Assembly: GCA_963738405.1 (NCBI GenBank)
Contig: CAVTWJ010000018.1
Coordinates: 1 to 64,000 of the forward strand
From: a candidate division FCPU426 bacterium
GTDB taxonomy: Bacteria; Oederibacteriota; Muellerivitia; Muellerivitales; Muellerivitaceae
Direction of reading: 5' to 3'
DNA: 64,000 nt
The position numbers were made by a program, and so were the translations under genes. Under the pieces are notes generated by a model that saw nothing but the letters and a program-made list of their open reading frames with translations, did not search any database and had not been told where the DNA came from. Shown piece by piece: positions 61,912 to 64,000 of the stretch (positions within the stretch are counted from its first letter, which is position 1; every line of letters begins with the position of its first letter).

Positions 61912-63596
61912 AAAATCACGCCCTCTACAACTTACGGGAAAAATTAGCCGCCGATAGGGCGCAGAACACAAAAAAAGTCTGCGTCTGCATGGGCGGAAGC
62001 TGCGTCTCCTCCGGCGCCCAAAAAATTCTCGACCGCATGAAGGAAGAAGCGGGACAGATGCAGGGTTCGGGCATTGAGGTGAAGCCGGTGGGTTGCATGG
62101 GGGCCTGCGCCAAGGGGCCGCTGGTGCGCATCGAAGCCGACGACGTGATCTATCAAAAAATCACGCCGGAAAATTACAAGCCAATCCTCCACGACCATTT
62201 CAAGAACCGTAAAGCCATTCCCCACATGGTGATCTTTTCCGACACCGATGCCCAGCCCACCCTCAAATCCAGCGAGCATGCCTTCTATAAAAACCAACGC
62301 ATGATCGTTTTGGAAAACTGCGCCCGCATCGATCCGGACAGCATTGACGATTACATCGCCATCGGGGGCTACAAGGCCCTTCAAAAAGCCCTGACCCAAA
62401 TGTCGCCGGAGGAAGTGATCGCCGAGGTCAAGCACAGCGGCATCCGCGGCCGTGGCGGCGCTGGGTTCCCCACCGGCAACAAGTGGGAGATGTCCTATAA
62501 GTATGTGGGCGAGCACAAGTACCTGGTCTGCAACGGCGACGAGGGCGACCCGGGCGCCTTTATGGACCGGTCCGTACTCGAAAGCGATCCCCATCGGGTC
62601 TTGGAAGGAATGATCCTCGGCGGCTACGCCATCGGCGCAAGCCGAGGCTTTGCCTATATCCGTGGGGAATACCCCCTGGCCATCCAACGCTTCGGAACCG
62701 CCATCCAGAAGGCTAAAAAACTGGGCCTGTTGGGCAAGAATGTTTTGGAAACCGAATTTTCATTTGATGTTGAAATCCGCATCGGCGCGGGCGCCTTTGT
62801 TTGCGGGGAAGAAACCGCGCTGTTAGGTTCCATCGAAGGTAAAAGAGGAACCCCCCATCCCCGTCCGCCCTACCCGGCGGAAAAGGGCCTCTGGGGCATG
62901 CCCACCATCATCAATAACGTCGAAACCTTCGCCAATATCGCCCCCATCGTGGAACGGGGCGGGGAATGGTACGCCGGCATCGGCACTCCCAAAAGCACGG
63001 GTACCAAGGTGTTCGCGCTCTCGGGCTGTATCCAAAACACCGGCCTGGTGGAAGTGCCGGTCGGCACCACCCTGCGTCAGGTGATCTTCGATATCGGAGG
63101 GGGCATCCCCAACGGTAAAAAATTCAAGGCCGCCCAAACCGGCGGTCCCTCGGGGGGCTGTATCCCCGAACAGCATCTGGATACCCCGCTGGATTACGAC
63201 GCCCTGACCAAACTGGGTTCCATCATGGGTTCGGGGGGCTTGATCGTCATGGACGAGGGTTCCTGCATGCCGGACGTGGCGCGGTTTTTCATGGAATTCT
63301 GCATGGACGAATCCTGCGGCAAATGCGTGCCCTGCCGGGTCGGTACCAAGCAGATGTACGACCTGCTCACCAAAATCTGCAAGGGAACGGCCACCGAATA
63401 CGATTTGGAACTTTTGGAATCCCTGGCGCCGATGGTGAAAGAAACCAGCCTCTGCGGCTTGGGCCAAAGCGCCCCCAACCCGCTGCTTTCAACCCTTCGC
63501 TATTTCCGGGACGAGTATTTGGCCCACGTGAAAGAAAAACGCTGTCCCGCGGGAGTCTGTAAATTTACCCCTGAACTCGCGGAGGTGCGGTCATGA
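61908..63596 (+). CDS. hoxF: Diaphorase subunit HoxF (NuoF-like)
   Basis: N-terminal 2Fe-2S, GRGGAGFPTG, DEGDPG, CGEET, CGKCVPCR. Confidence 0.88.
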   Translation: MKNHALYNLREKLAADRAQNTKKVCVCMGGSCVSSGAQKILDRMKEEAGQMQGSGIEVKPVGCMGACAKGPLVRIEADDVIYQKITPENYKPILHDHFKNRKAIPHMVIFSDTDAQPTLKSSEHAFYKNQRMIVLENCARIDPDSIDDYIAIGGYKALQKALTQMSPEEVIAEVKHSGIRGRGGAGFPTGNKWEMSYKYVGEHKYLVCNGDEGDPGAFMDRSVLESDPHRVLEGMILGGYAIGASRGFAYIRGEYPLAIQRFGTAIQKAKKLGLLGKNVLETEFSFDVEIRIGAGAFVCGEETALLGSIEGKRGTPHPRPPYPAEKGLWGMPTIINNVETFANIAPIVERGGEWYAGIGTPKSTGTKVFALSGCIQNTGLVEVPVGTTLRQVIFDIGGGIPNGKKFKAAQTGGPSGGCIPEQHLDTPLDYDALTKLGSIMGSGGLIVMDEGSCMPDVARFFMEFCMDESCGKCVPCRVGTKQMYDLLTKICKGTATEYDLELLESLAPMVKETSLCGLGQSAPNPLLSTLRYFRDEYLAHVKEKRCPAGVCKFTPELAEVRS

Positions 63597-64000
63597 GCGA
63601 ACCTATCACCCTGACTATCGACGGCAAGGAAGTCCAGGCCCAGCCTGGGGAGATGCTCCTTTCGGTTTGCCGCAAGAACGGCATCTATATTCCCACGCTC
63701 TGCCATTTCGACGGGCTGTCGGAAATGGGCGCCTGCAGGCTTTGCCTGGTGGAAATGGAGGGAACCCCCCGCCTTTTCGCCACCTGCGTGACCCAGGTGA
63801 ACGCCAACCAGAAGATCCATACCAACAGCGAGAAACTGCAAAAGTACCGCCGGATGATCGTGGAACTGCTTTTTTCGGAACGCAACCACATCTGTTCCAT
63901 CTGCGTGGCCAACAACCATTGCGAACTGCAGGATTTGGCCAAGTCCGTCGGCATGGAACATGTGCGGTTTCCCTACCTGCAGCCCCAGGCGGAAATGGAC
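63593..64000 (+). CDS. hoxU: Diaphorase subunit HoxU (partial, runs off the window)
   Basis: Translated by hand: [11 protein letters not shown]...IPTLCH...GACRLCLVE...[26 protein letters not shown] overlap with hoxF. Confidence 0.85.
   Translation, partial: MSEPITLTIDGKEVQAQPGEMLLSVCRKNGIYIPTLCHFDGLSEMGACRLCLVEMEGTPRLFATCVTQVNANQKIHTNSEKLQKYRRMIVELLFSERNHICSICVANNHCELQDLAKSVGMEHVRFPYLQPQAEMD

Noticed and set aside
61396..64000. Complex I nuoEFG or [FeFe]-hydrogenase subunits
   Set aside because: No nuoA-D upstream and the motifs fit HoxE/HoxU better; not fully excluded because hoxYH would lie outside the window

Overview
The window has two parts. (1) ~1-6930 is a frameshift-rich patchwork: a LuxR remnant, a YVTN beta-propeller gene, two tRNA-fragment att scars, a broken tyrosine integrase/excisionase module, an AT-rich block and truncated ORFs. 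It is either a decayed island or a chimeric, low-accuracy contig end. (2) ~6930-64000 is a clean bacterial chromosome segment from a diderm (TonB receptor, heptose epimerase) spanning the replication origin in a rearranged order. rpmH-rnpA-yidD-yidC-jag-mnmE-mnmG-rsmG runs into recF-dciA-gyrB-gyrA, with two perfect parS sites but no parAB. A ~12 kb cobalamin-salvage and cytochrome bd block with two B12 riboswitches separates rpmH from dnaA. oriC has DnaA boxes and DnaA-trios. dnaN is followed by a YprA/MrfA helicase fused to a DEDD exonuclease, mixed metabolic genes and the start of a hoxEFU operon. The best leads are a membrane pseudo-histidine kinase (His replaced by Asp, Pro-rich tail with LDxLL motifs) overlapping the end of gyrA, a helically phased array of a 14-bp palindrome, and a solo Cas4-like nuclease ending in a beta-clamp motif. 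All assignments come from reading the sequence by eye; no searches were run.
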